DNA of 64,000 nt from Candidatus Dadabacteria bacterium. GTDB taxonomy: Bacteria; Desulfobacterota_D; UBA1144; Nemesobacterales; Nemesobacteraceae. The stretch lies in contig OX638332.1 in NCBI GenBank assembly GCA_951812735.1, forward strand, positions 18,508 to 82,507. The letters are read 5' to 3'. Under the pieces are notes generated by a model. The model saw nothing but the letters and a program-made list of their open reading frames with translations. It made no database searches and was not told the DNA's origin. Shown one piece after another: positions 23,772-35,334 of this stretch. Numbering within the stretch: position 1 is the stretch's first letter; every line of letters begins with the position of its first letter. The position numbers were made by a program, and so were the translations under genes.

Positions 23772-24335
23772 ATGGGAATCAAACCTGATCACTGGATAAG
23801 GAAAATGGCACTTGAGCACAAGATGATAGACCCTTTCGTCGAAGGGCAGGTAAGCAAGGGCGTTATATCGTACGGCCTTTCCTCTTACGGCTACGACATC
23901 AGGGTAAGCAATGAGTTCAAGGTGTTCACAAACCTGCACAGCGCTGTTGTGGACCCGAAGAATTTTGATACCAAGTCCTTTGTGGAGATAGAGGACGATT
24001 ACTGCATAATTCCTCCAAACTCCTTCGCGCTCGCCAAAACTGTTGAGTATTTCAGGATACCCAGGAGCACCGTTACCGTCTGCGTCGGGAAATCCACTTA
24101 TGCAAGGTGCGGGATAATCGTTAATGTCACTCCTTTTGAGCCCGAGTGGGAGGGGTATGTGACGCTTGAGATCTCGAATACGACCCCCATTCCCGCAAAG
24201 ATATATTCGAACGAGGGAATCGCCCAGGTGCTCTTTTTCGAAGGTGACGAAGGGTGCGAGGTCTCCTACGCGGACAAGAAAGGAAAATACCAGAAACAGA
24301 TCGGCATCACGCATCCGAAAATTTCCCAGGCGTAG
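23772..24335 (+). CDS. dcd: dCTP deaminase.
   Basis: [13 protein letters not shown]...GYDIRV...[14 protein letters not shown]... is the Dcd signature. Confidence 0.9.
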   Translation: MGIKPDHWIRKMALEHKMIDPFVEGQVSKGVISYGLSSYGYDIRVSNEFKVFTNLHSAVVDPKNFDTKSFVEIEDDYCIIPPNSFALAKTVEYFRIPRSTVTVCVGKSTYARCGIIVNVTPFEPEWEGYVTLEISNTTPIPAKIYSNEGIAQVLFFEGDEGCEVSYADKKGKYQKQIGITHPKISQA

Positions 24336-24396
24336 ATCGGCAGTTGGCCTTTTGTACTGATTTTAAAGTACTGAGCGAAGAGATCCGACCCGGGCG

Positions 24397-25854
24397 TCAG
24401 TCAGTTTGGGGCAGACTCTCCGCCCCGAATTTCGAGATGGTTTCCAATGTCTCGCGTACGTCCTTCCAGGTCGTCGAGTAGTTGATGACGCACATCCTGA
24501 GCGCAAATGTCCCGTGAAGAAGTGTCGATGATATAAACGCGCGGTCTTCCCAGAAGATACGGACGAGTATGGTCCTGTTGATTTCTTCCAACACGTCCTC
24601 GCCAAGGTCAATGTTTGCGGGGTTGACGCGGAAGCATGCGATCCCCAATACTGCAGGAGTCAACATCTCCAGGACGGGACTTTCCTCGATGTACTTCTCA
24701 ATCCGGTGCGCAAGCTCCATCCCATTTGATACGGCTCGCCGGAACGCGGCCATTCCGAAAGTCTGAACCGACATCCAGATCTTCAACGCCCGAACGGAGC
24801 GGCTAAGTTGCAGGCCCCTGTCTGAAAGATTCGGGTGGCCAGCGCCCCAAATCGTGTCTTGGAGAATATCGTGCTTGGTGGCGAACGTCCGCTCGAGTGT
24901 GCGTACATCCTTCACCATCAGGCCGCCCACCTCATAGGGCTGGAAGAACCACTTGTGTGCGTCCATCCCGATTGAATCTGCACGCTCGATTCCGCGCAAG
25001 AGCCTCTTGCCTTCCTCGGCCACGATCGCGAATCCTCCATGCGCGGCGTCGACGTGAAGCCATATATTTTGTGCCTCGCAGCAGTCCGCCATCGCTTCCA
25101 GCGGGTCGATAGCTCCTGTGCTGCTCGTTCCAGCGTTCGCACACACTGCTATGGGGCTGAGTCCGGCGGCTCGGTCCTCGGCCACGGTCTCGACAAGCGC
25201 ATCCATGTCCATACGGAAATGTTCATCGGTCGGAATCATTCGAATGCATTCTGGACGAACACCTATAATTCTGGCTGCCCGGACAAGCGCACTGTGGCTC
25301 TGGTCACTCATGTACACGCTGGTACGTTCCGGGTTGTTCGCGGCCTCCCTCGCAGCGACGAGGGCGTCAAGGTTCGCCGCCGAGCCCCCGCTCGTCAGCA
25401 GTCCACCTGCACTCTCCGGATAGCCAAGCCAGCGCCGAAACCAGTCGATCACGACGAGCTCGAGTTGGCTCGGACCGCTCGAAATCAGCCAGGAGCTCTG
25501 GTTGATATTAAATCCGGCAACCATGAAGTCGGCCAGCACTCCGGGCCATGTGGGCTGCGAAGGGATGAATCCAAAGCAACGCGGGTGGTCCAAGCTCAGT
25601 GCGATCGGGAGGATCTTGTGTGCTGCCTGCTCAATCACTTGCGAGGCCGAACGGCCGTCCTCGGGAGGGTCCTTCAGCAGTTGGTCTTCAAGTTCTAGTC
25701 GAAACTCTCCCTCCCAGGCACCTTCTCCGGGCAAGTTCTCGATGCGCTGCACCACGAGTTCCGCCGCTCGGCGTGCAAGTTCCAGCATCTGTTCCGGTTC
25801 CATACGGAGGCCATCATCCACCCCACCATTACTGCCTGTTGTTGAGTCGTTCAT
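24397..25854 (-). CDS. Group II PLP-dependent amino-acid decarboxylase (aromatic-L-amino-acid/diaminobutyrate decarboxylase-like). The gene is GC-rich.
   Basis: ...SDQSHSAL..., ...DAHKWFFQPYEVG (PLP-lysine region), 485 aa. GC is visibly higher than the flanks. Confidence 0.7.
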   Translation of the reverse strand: MNDSTTGSNGGVDDGLRMEPEQMLELARRAAELVVQRIENLPGEGAWEGEFRLELEDQLLKDPPEDGRSASQVIEQAAHKILPIALSLDHPRCFGFIPSQPTWPGVLADFMVAGFNINQSSWLISSGPSQLELVVIDWFRRWLGYPESAGGLLTSGGSAANLDALVAAREAANNPERTSVYMSDQSHSALVRAARIIGVRPECIRMIPTDEHFRMDMDALVETVAEDRAAGLSPIAVCANAGTSSTGAIDPLEAMADCCEAQNIWLHVDAAHGGFAIVAEEGKRLLRGIERADSIGMDAHKWFFQPYEVGGLMVKDVRTLERTFATKHDILQDTIWGAGHPNLSDRGLQLSRSVRALKIWMSVQTFGMAAFRRAVSNGMELAHRIEKYIEESPVLEMLTPAVLGIACFRVNPANIDLGEDVLEEINRTILVRIFWEDRAFISSTLLHGTFALRMCVINYSTTWKDVRETLETISKFGAESLPQTD

Positions 25855-26045
25855 TGCATGTCCTCCTCAGCTTTCCTGTCTCCGGCTCATATATGTCCCC
25901 CCAATCGAAAAAATGCTAGCATGTTAACAAATAATCTGTATGTTGTATACCTACTCGAGTGTTAATCATGTGCCAGCTGTCCGGTTTTGCTTCGGATCTT
26001 ATGCGAGAAGTCCATCGGATTGATTATCCAGGAGAGAAATTCTGA

Positions 26046-28622
<2,577 letters not shown>

Positions 28623-28740
28623 TAACTTTAGTTATTCCGCTCGCCGCGATGCGATGGCTTTATAAAATTTCCCAAGAACCACAGCTAGTGATATCTGCGC
28701 TCACGAAAACCCACACGGGAATACCTTATGGAGGACTGGC

Positions 28741-29421
28741 TTGACTTGCTGGGGCTATACCGGGGCCGAAGGTCCTGATAACTGGGGATTGCTCTCGCCG
28801 GATTATGCGACCTGCGCTATCGGACGCATGCAGTCACCGATTGACATCACCGGTGCCTTTCCCGTCAAGGGACCAGCACTGAAATTTGATTACAAGCCCT
28901 CTTCTCTGAAGATTTTAAACAGCGGACATACCCTCCAGGTAAATTACGCACCCGGCAGCACACTGACTGCAGCAGGTGAAATTTACGAACTGTTGCAGTT
29001 TCATTTTCACGTTCCGAGCGAACACGCTTTTGATGGTTTGCACACGGCGATGGAGGCACATTTCGTACACAAAAATCCAGCGGGCGTACTCGTGGTGGTT
29101 GGTGTTATGATGGAAATAGGCACACAAAACCATGCTTTGGCTGCAGTATTTGACAACGTACCAACCGAGGCAGGAATAGAAGTTGGTGTTGCGGGCACGA
29201 CAGTGGATGCATCTGCGATACTGCCGACGGCGACCACCGGCTACTTCCATTACAAGGGCTCACTCACCACTCCTCCCTGCAGTGAGGGAGTACACTGGTT
29301 CATTTTTCCGGACGCAATTGAGGTGAGTGCAGAACAGGTTGCAAACTTTGAGCGGATGTTCGGACACAATGCACGTCCGTTACAAAAGCGCAACGACCGT
29401 CTGCTGATTGTATCTTCGTAG
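28741..29421 (+). CDS. Alpha-class carbonic anhydrase with no N-terminal signal peptide. TTG start.
   Basis: WGYTGAEGPDNWG, QSPIDI, QFHFHVPSEH, GSLTTPPCSEGVHW. No signal peptide is available in frame. Third-codon positions are A/T-rich relative to neighbours. Confidence 0.75.
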   Translation: MTCWGYTGAEGPDNWGLLSPDYATCAIGRMQSPIDITGAFPVKGPALKFDYKPSSLKILNSGHTLQVNYAPGSTLTAAGEIYELLQFHFHVPSEHAFDGLHTAMEAHFVHKNPAGVLVVVGVMMEIGTQNHALAAVFDNVPTEAGIEVGVAGTTVDASAILPTATTGYFHYKGSLTTPPCSEGVHWFIFPDAIEVSAEQVANFERMFGHNARPLQKRNDRLLIVSS

Positions 29422-29535
29422 GTTCCCGGAAATCGTTTTATAGTCTGGTGAAACGAGCTTTAAAACTATATCTGCTCTCAAACTAAAACCCTTTCTGATT
29501 TCTTCTGCGGGCAGGGCGTGTGAACCACTCATGAA

Positions 29536-29552
29536 TGCAATTATATGCTAAA
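29536..29552. repeat. 17-bp exact repeat TGCAATTATATGCTAAA, copy 1 (at the nuoH stop). Copy 2 is at 36680-36696.
   Basis: Identical 17-mers at both positions. A related ...TATATGCTAATA lies at 37459-37470 upstream of trxA. On the minus strand the motif reads TTTAGCATATAATTGCA and contains TATAAT. Confidence 0.5.
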
Positions 29553-30597
29553 GGATTCCAGAAACGATAAGAAGGCTTACGAGGAGCAGATTAACTATTG
29601 CTAGGGGGAAAAGTTTCTTCCAGCCGAGACTCATTACCTGATCGTACCTGAACCGTGGCAAAGTCCATCTTACCCAGATAAACAGGAAGAGTAAGAAAAG
29701 GACTTTGCCGATAAAGATGGCAGGCGGCAGATACCAATGCGTATTGATATCGATGCCGAACCAGCCTCCAAACGGTAAGGGATACCAACCACCCAAAAAC
29801 AAACAAGTTATCATGCACGAGGCAACTATCATATGAGTATATTCAGCCATGAAGAACATTGCAAATTTCATGCTGCTGTATTCGGTGTGGTAGCCGGCGA
29901 CTATCTCGGGTTCGGCTTCCGGCATATCAAATGGAAGCCGGTTGGTTTCGGCAAACGCCGAGACGACGAAAACTACAAAGCCTATAAACGACGGGATCAT
30001 AAACCACACCTTCTCCTGCGCTTCGATTATGTCCCCTAAGCGAAGCGAACCCGTTATGGCTATTACCCCCAGTATGGACAGCCCAAGTGCGAGCTCGTAG
30101 CTTATCATCTGTGCCGCCGCCCGAAGACCTCCTAGAAGGGAGTATTTGCTGTTAGAACCCCACCCGCCGAGCACCACTCCGTATACGCTTAGCGAACTTA
30201 TTCCGAGCACGTAGAGAAGGCCGACGTTTATGTCGGCTATCTGGAGCTTTATGAACACGGGGTCCTGGAGAAACCCGAAAAGATCCGTGTAAAAACCCTT
30301 TCCTATGGGAATCACGGCGAGTGCCGCTAGGGCCGTGACTAGCGCGAACGCCGGGGCCATTATATACATGGTCTTGTTTGCTTTCGGGGGAATTATGTCT
30401 TCTTTAAAAATGAATTTTATGCCGTCGGCAAGGGGCTGCAGGAGCCCCGAGGGCCCGACCCTGTTCGGTCCGTAGCGGTCCTGTATGAAAGCGCTTAACC
30501 TTCTTTCCGCGAAAGTGAGATAGGCGACCACCGTCAAAACGACGAAAAAAACAAATGCTATCTTTGCGACCGCTATTGATATTAGAAGTGGAGTCAT
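29548..30597 (-). CDS. nuoH: NADH-quinone oxidoreductase subunit H.
   Basis: ...RYGPNRVGPSGLLQPLADGIKF... and 8 TM helices. Confidence 0.9.
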   Translation of the reverse strand: MTPLLISIAVAKIAFVFFVVLTVVAYLTFAERRLSAFIQDRYGPNRVGPSGLLQPLADGIKFIFKEDIIPPKANKTMYIMAPAFALVTALAALAVIPIGKGFYTDLFGFLQDPVFIKLQIADINVGLLYVLGISSLSVYGVVLGGWGSNSKYSLLGGLRAAAQMISYELALGLSILGVIAITGSLRLGDIIEAQEKVWFMIPSFIGFVVFVVSAFAETNRLPFDMPEAEPEIVAGYHTEYSSMKFAMFFMAEYTHMIVASCMITCLFLGGWYPLPFGGWFGIDINTHWYLPPAIFIGKVLFLLFLFIWVRWTLPRFRYDQVMSLGWKKLFPLAIVNLLLVSLLIVSGIL

Positions 30598-32201
30598 CTG
30601 CCCGCGCTGTGCTCAAGAACTTTTCCGACGGTACCTATTCTGTCGTAGCTGATCCCCCCGTATCCGGGGATCTTGAGACATATGTCGTCCATCACTTCCG
30701 ATGCGGAGCCGTAGCTGAACAGGGGCTTGTCGACCCGCTCCCCGATCATGCACAGTATCTCGCATCCGGACTTAGCATTCCCGGGAGGAGAGATGGCCTT
30801 TTTTATTCTCTGAACCCGCCCGGTGTCATTTGTGAAAGTTCCGTTTTTTTCATAGGGGCTTGCCGCGGGGAGTATCACGTGGGCGTATCTCGCGGTCTCG
30901 GTGAGTTCGTAGTTGATAACGGCGAGAAATCCGATTTTCTCAAGTGCGCGCGAAAGAGCGTATTTTTCACTGGAGGAAACCAGTTCAAACAGATCCGCTT
31001 CGATGACGACCAGAGTATCGATTCCGCCGGCAAGCAGTGAGTCGATCGTCGTTTTCACATCCTCTCCGTTTACCTGCGTCATGAGTTTTCTCGCTCCCGC
31101 ACTGTTTGGATACGGATCGTTGCTTACGAGGTCGAATTTTTTCTCTATCTTCTCGGTGCCCGCGGCACAGATTGCCGGGCAGTCTCCAAGAACAGATGAA
31201 AGCTTCACCGAAAGGAACATCTCCTCGTTTGTAAGCCTGGCTGACCCCACAATAGCGCAGGGACCCGCGCCGCCTGACTTTATTCCCGAGAGCCTGGCGC
31301 CAACGCTGCTAATTGCGTCCTCCCAGGAGGCTATCTCGTAGTCTTTATCGCTTCTTATGATTGGATCTTTAAGCCTGGTTGACTCCTGGATTTCCTTGTA
31401 ATCGAATCTTCCCCTGTCGCATATCCAGTGTCCGTTTACTTCCTGGTTTATTCTCGGGCGGATACGGGAGACTTCTCCTTTCCTCGGGTCAACGCCCACC
31501 GTAATGTTGCACCCGTTGCTGCAGAGAGAACACACCGAGTCTGTAAATTCCATGTACCAGACCCTCTCTTCGTGAAGCGTGTTCTTGGGGAGCAGGGCTC
31601 CGACCGGGCAGATATCAATCACGTTTCCCGCAAGTTCGTTATCAAGCGTTTTCCCGGGGAAAACCGAGATTTTTTTCCGAAAGCCTCTTCCGGTGGTTCC
31701 AAGCTCATGGGTTTTCGTCACCTCATCCGTAAAACGCACGCATCTGGTGCACATGATGCACCTGTTGGCGTCGTACATTATGCGGTCGCTTAGGTAGCTT
31801 TTCTGCCTTACCTTCTTGTTCTCTGGGCCGCCGACCCTGCTGTAGCCGGGACCGTGAGCAAAAGCGGTCATCTGAAGCGGACATTCTCCCCCCTTGTCGC
31901 ATATGGGACAGTCAAGCGGGTGGTTTATCAGGGTGAACTCAACGGCTGCTTTTCTGGCTTCAAAAGCTTTTTCGGTGTCTGTTTTTACCACGAGACCGTC
32001 TCTTACGGCTGTGTTACACGCGGGAAGAACCTTGGGAACGCCTTCCACTTCCACGAGACACTGCCTGCACTGGGCGACTACGCTTAGCGAAGGGTGATAG
32101 CAGAAGTGAGGGATCTCTATCCCGGCCACCGCGGCGGCCTGGATGACATTCAATCCGTCGTCCACATCAAGTTCGATTCCGTCGATGGTTATCTTGGGCA
32201 T
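30594..32201 (-). CDS. nuoG: NADH-quinone oxidoreductase subunit G (short form, 535 aa).
   Basis: N-terminal 2Fe-2S ferredoxin-like region (CYHPSLSVVAQCRQC). 4Fe-4S motifs (HPLDCPICDKGGECPLQ; CIMCTRCVRF). Overlaps nuoH by 4 bp. Confidence 0.85.
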   Translation of the reverse strand: MPKITIDGIELDVDDGLNVIQAAAVAGIEIPHFCYHPSLSVVAQCRQCLVEVEGVPKVLPACNTAVRDGLVVKTDTEKAFEARKAAVEFTLINHPLDCPICDKGGECPLQMTAFAHGPGYSRVGGPENKKVRQKSYLSDRIMYDANRCIMCTRCVRFTDEVTKTHELGTTGRGFRKKISVFPGKTLDNELAGNVIDICPVGALLPKNTLHEERVWYMEFTDSVCSLCSNGCNITVGVDPRKGEVSRIRPRINQEVNGHWICDRGRFDYKEIQESTRLKDPIIRSDKDYEIASWEDAISSVGARLSGIKSGGAGPCAIVGSARLTNEEMFLSVKLSSVLGDCPAICAAGTEKIEKKFDLVSNDPYPNSAGARKLMTQVNGEDVKTTIDSLLAGGIDTLVVIEADLFELVSSSEKYALSRALEKIGFLAVINYELTETARYAHVILPAASPYEKNGTFTNDTGRVQRIKKAISPPGNAKSGCEILCMIGERVDKPLFSYGSASEVMDDICLKIPGYGGISYDRIGTVGKVLEHSAGR

Positions 32202-32234
32202 AGAGAGGGCTCAAGGGAAAAACAATTAGCGTAA

Positions 32235-32263
32235 ATACTAGTCAGAGAAAGTGTTTTTGACAA
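32235..32263 (-). promoter_or_regulatory. Putative sigma70 promoter for nuoGH. On the minus strand, -35 is TTGTCA, then a 17-nt spacer, then -10 TAGTAT.
   Basis: By-eye hexamer match about 35 nt upstream of the nuoG ATG, immediately after the tatA stop. Confidence 0.3.
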
Positions 32264-32264
32264 G

Positions 32265-32480
32265 TCAGGCGTTTTTGTTCTTTTCGGGCGCCTGAAACTC
32301 GGTTTTCTCGTCTATATCGTCTTCAAATTCTATGTTCTTTTTTATGTCATCCTTGGCTCTTTGGAGCTCTCTTATCCCCCTGCCGAGGGTTCTCGCGACT
32401 TTGGGGAGTTCCTTAGGCCCTAAAACCACAAGGGCGATAAAAAGTATTATTAGTAATTCAGCCGTGCCAAGTCCGAACAT
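32265..32480 (-). CDS. tatA: Twin-arginine translocase subunit TatA/E.
   Basis: MFGLGTAELLIILFIALVVLGPKELP... single TM helix plus amphipathic helix, 71 aa. Confidence 0.8.
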   Translation of the reverse strand: MFGLGTAELLIILFIALVVLGPKELPKVARTLGRGIRELQRAKDDIKKNIEFEDDIDEKTEFQAPEKNKNA

Positions 32481-32522
32481 GGTTTCTTTCTCCCGGTGTC
32501 TAATATAACCAAAACCGGCGGA

Positions 32523-33755
32523 TTAAGTACTGGCTTCGCTCTTTTTTTTCGTCGGCTTCTTTATGAGGAGCGTTATGAAGGCCGTTAAGAAGGACGCCGC
32601 CGTTGCCACGATTAGGGCGTTCTGGTAGCTCTGGGTCATGTCGAGGAGAAGTCCGGAAATAAGAGGACCGCTGATAGCGGCGAGGGAGAATCCGGTGCCG
32701 AAAATACCGAATATGCTTCCAAGGGACGTAAGGCCGTAGAATCTCCCAAGTATCGTTGGGAACATCGGGACCCATCCGCTGTAGAAGAGGCCGAACAGGA
32801 AGCCGAACAGGTAAAGAGACCACACGTTCACGACCGACAGGATGAGGATTATTGATACCGCCTGAAAGAAATAACAGACAAACAGTATACGCACGTTGCT
32901 TAGGTAATTGGTCATAACTCCCGAGAAGAAAATCCGCCCGAAGATGCTTCCAACCCCTATGAAAGCAGGCGCGCCGGCCGCAACAAGAGGGGATAGTCCC
33001 GCTTCTACGGAGAAGTTAAATAGGTGTACGATAATAATGAGAAAAGTGTTAAACCCGAGGAAAAAGGCAACGTACATAAGCCAGAAGCTTGAGTGTGAAA
33101 ACGCTTCCTTCGCACTCCAGTCAGAAGCTCCCGTATCTTTTGCTGCATCCTCCGAGTTCTCTCCGTAGGCCTTGAGCCCCATCTCCTCGGGGCGGTTTTT
33201 CACCAGAAGCGCGGAACAAAGTATCGCGGTGAAAATCACCGAGATGTAAACAAGGGCGCGCTCGTAACCGAAAGATTCTATGAGCCACGTGGTAAGCGGG
33301 TTTACCACAAGTCCGCTTACCGGAACCCCGGCCGTGGCGATCCCTATGGCAAGCGCCCTTTTCTTAACGAACCACCTGCTGATGACGGTGACGGGCAGTA
33401 TGTAGAGAAATCCGTCTCCTATTCCCACCATCACGCTGTAGGTAATGTAAAGCTCCCAGGTGGTTTCTGCATAAGCGGAGAGTAAAAAGCCCAATGCCCC
33501 TATGAGCCCTCCGAAAAAGGTCAGATACCTTGCGTCGTGGGTGTCTATGAGCCTCCCCGCGAATACAAACGAAAAAGCCATGCACACGCATCTCAGCGAA
33601 AAAAACGACGATCCGACGGTACTGGAGAGACCGAAAGCTTCGTTCAGGTAGGGGAGAAATATCCCGAACGAGTAGAGAACCATCCCGTCAAGCATTATGA
33701 GCAGGTGCCCTGCAACGACTATGACCCATCCGTAAAAAAATCTGTTTCTAAGCAT
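32523..33755 (-). CDS. MFS transporter (oxalate/formate antiporter-like).
   Basis: 12 predicted TM segments and an MFS loop motif. Confidence 0.75.
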   Translation of the reverse strand: MLRNRFFYGWVIVVAGHLLIMLDGMVLYSFGIFLPYLNEAFGLSSTVGSSFFSLRCVCMAFSFVFAGRLIDTHDARYLTFFGGLIGALGFLLSAYAETTWELYITYSVMVGIGDGFLYILPVTVISRWFVKKRALAIGIATAGVPVSGLVVNPLTTWLIESFGYERALVYISVIFTAILCSALLVKNRPEEMGLKAYGENSEDAAKDTGASDWSAKEAFSHSSFWLMYVAFFLGFNTFLIIIVHLFNFSVEAGLSPLVAAGAPAFIGVGSIFGRIFFSGVMTNYLSNVRILFVCYFFQAVSIILILSVVNVWSLYLFGFLFGLFYSGWVPMFPTILGRFYGLTSLGSIFGIFGTGFSLAAISGPLISGLLLDMTQSYQNALIVATAASFLTAFITLLIKKPTKKKSEAST

Positions 33756-33797
33756 AGGATTGTTTAGTGGAAACGGGATTTCGCCGCGGCGGGCGAA

Positions 33798-35081
33798 TCA
33801 GAGAAGTTTCCGAAAATCGCCGTGTCCCCGAAGGTCGGCGAGTGTTTTGAGTGGAAACGTTTTTTCCTCTCCCGTTTTCATGTTGTGAAGCGAAAAGATT
33901 TTCCTGCGAAGTTCGTCTTCTCCTATAATGACGGAATACGTCGCCCCGGTTCTGTTCGCTTTTCTCATCTGGCTTTTCAGGCTCTTGTTTTCGTATTCGG
34001 TCTCGACCCGCATGCCCTTTTTTCTTAGGTCGTCGGCTATTTTTGCTGCCTTTCCTCTGGCTTCATCCCCGATATGGATAATGCATACGAGCTGTTTTTT
34101 CCCCGGAGCGTTCCTCCGGGTCTTAGTTTTTTCAAGCAGAAGCAGTATCCTCTCAACCCCCATCGCGAAGCCCACGGCAGGTGTTTCCGGTCCCCCCATC
34201 CGCTCCACCAGAAGGTCGTATCTTCCCCCTGCGGCCACGGCGTTCTGGGAACCGAGTTTGTCAGTCGTTATCTCGAAAACCGTATCGGTGTAGTAGTCAA
34301 GTCCCCTGACTATCCTTGGGTTAAGTCTGTAGGGTATGGATTTTTCGCCAAGAGAGGAGGTAAGCGCGTCGAGATGCTCGCCGCTCTGATCAGAGAGATA
34401 ATCCTGGATCGAGAAGGGGATCTCGGACGTTATCTCCCGGCATGTCCTGGTCTTGCAGTCAAGTATGCGGAGGGGGTTTGTGCCGAGCCTGTTCTGGCAG
34501 TTCTCGCAAAGGGAGTCCTTATTCGGGGAAAGAAAGTCCGTAAGGGCTTTTTTGTATCGCTCGCGCTCAGTTGGCTGCCCTATCGAGTTAAGTTCAAGCT
34601 CCACGTGATCCGAGAGCCCAAGTTCCGTGATTGCAAGCCAGAGCATCGCGATTATCTCTGAATCCGCAAGTGGGTCACGGGAACCGAAAAGCTCTGCTCC
34701 TATCTGGTTAAAGCTTCTCTGCCTTCCTTCCTGGGGCTTTTCATGCCTGAACATCTCTCCTGAGTAGTAAAGCTTCGTCACGGGTGATTTTCTGTGAAGG
34801 GAATGCTCTATAAAGGCCCTTACCACTCCTGCCGTCCCTTCAGGTCTCATCGAAACCCACTCTCCACCTTTAGTCTCAAACGTGTACATCTCTTTTTGTA
34901 CGATGTCGGTGGTATCGCCGAGTCCCGTTGAGTAGACCCCGGATAGTTCCAAGATCGGAATGATTATCTCGGAGAAACCGAAGCGCTCGAACACCCCTTT
35001 GGTTTTACTCTCTACGAGTCGCAGTTTTTCCGTTTCGGGGTGAAATATGTCTTTGAATCCGTGAAGACGGGACGCTTTCAT
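33798..35081 (-). CDS. hisS: Histidine--tRNA ligase.
   Basis: ...GFKDIFHPETEK..., MRPEGTAGVVRAF, class II motifs, and a C-terminal anticodon-binding domain. Confidence 0.9.
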   Translation of the reverse strand: MKASRLHGFKDIFHPETEKLRLVESKTKGVFERFGFSEIIIPILELSGVYSTGLGDTTDIVQKEMYTFETKGGEWVSMRPEGTAGVVRAFIEHSLHRKSPVTKLYYSGEMFRHEKPQEGRQRSFNQIGAELFGSRDPLADSEIIAMLWLAITELGLSDHVELELNSIGQPTERERYKKALTDFLSPNKDSLCENCQNRLGTNPLRILDCKTRTCREITSEIPFSIQDYLSDQSGEHLDALTSSLGEKSIPYRLNPRIVRGLDYYTDTVFEITTDKLGSQNAVAAGGRYDLLVERMGGPETPAVGFAMGVERILLLLEKTKTRRNAPGKKQLVCIIHIGDEARGKAAKIADDLRKKGMRVETEYENKSLKSQMRKANRTGATYSVIIGEDELRRKIFSLHNMKTGEEKTFPLKTLADLRGHGDFRKLL

Positions 35082-35334
35082 AGTACGTTTTCCCGGGTGA
35101 AAGGTTATCCCCGCGGGTTGGTTAAGGTTATACGCTCTTCAGTTAAAAATAAAGTTCCTGGTACCGAAGAGCGCTCTTCTGGAAGTACGTGGAAGGGGAG
35201 GTCGGCGAATACTGCCGATAGGCCTTAAACCTCTGGAAACCGTCGTTTTCAACCGACCTCTTGGGTTTGTCTCCCCAAGCCCGCGACGAACAATACGGGC
35301 TTGTTGCGAGGGAGTTAATTTGTATTCACTCCTA

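Noticed and set aside
25900-25945. CTGTATGTTGTATAC upstream of gyrB, considered as an SOS (LexA) box.
   Set aside because: It does not match CTGT-N8-ACAG or other known LexA consensus sequences.
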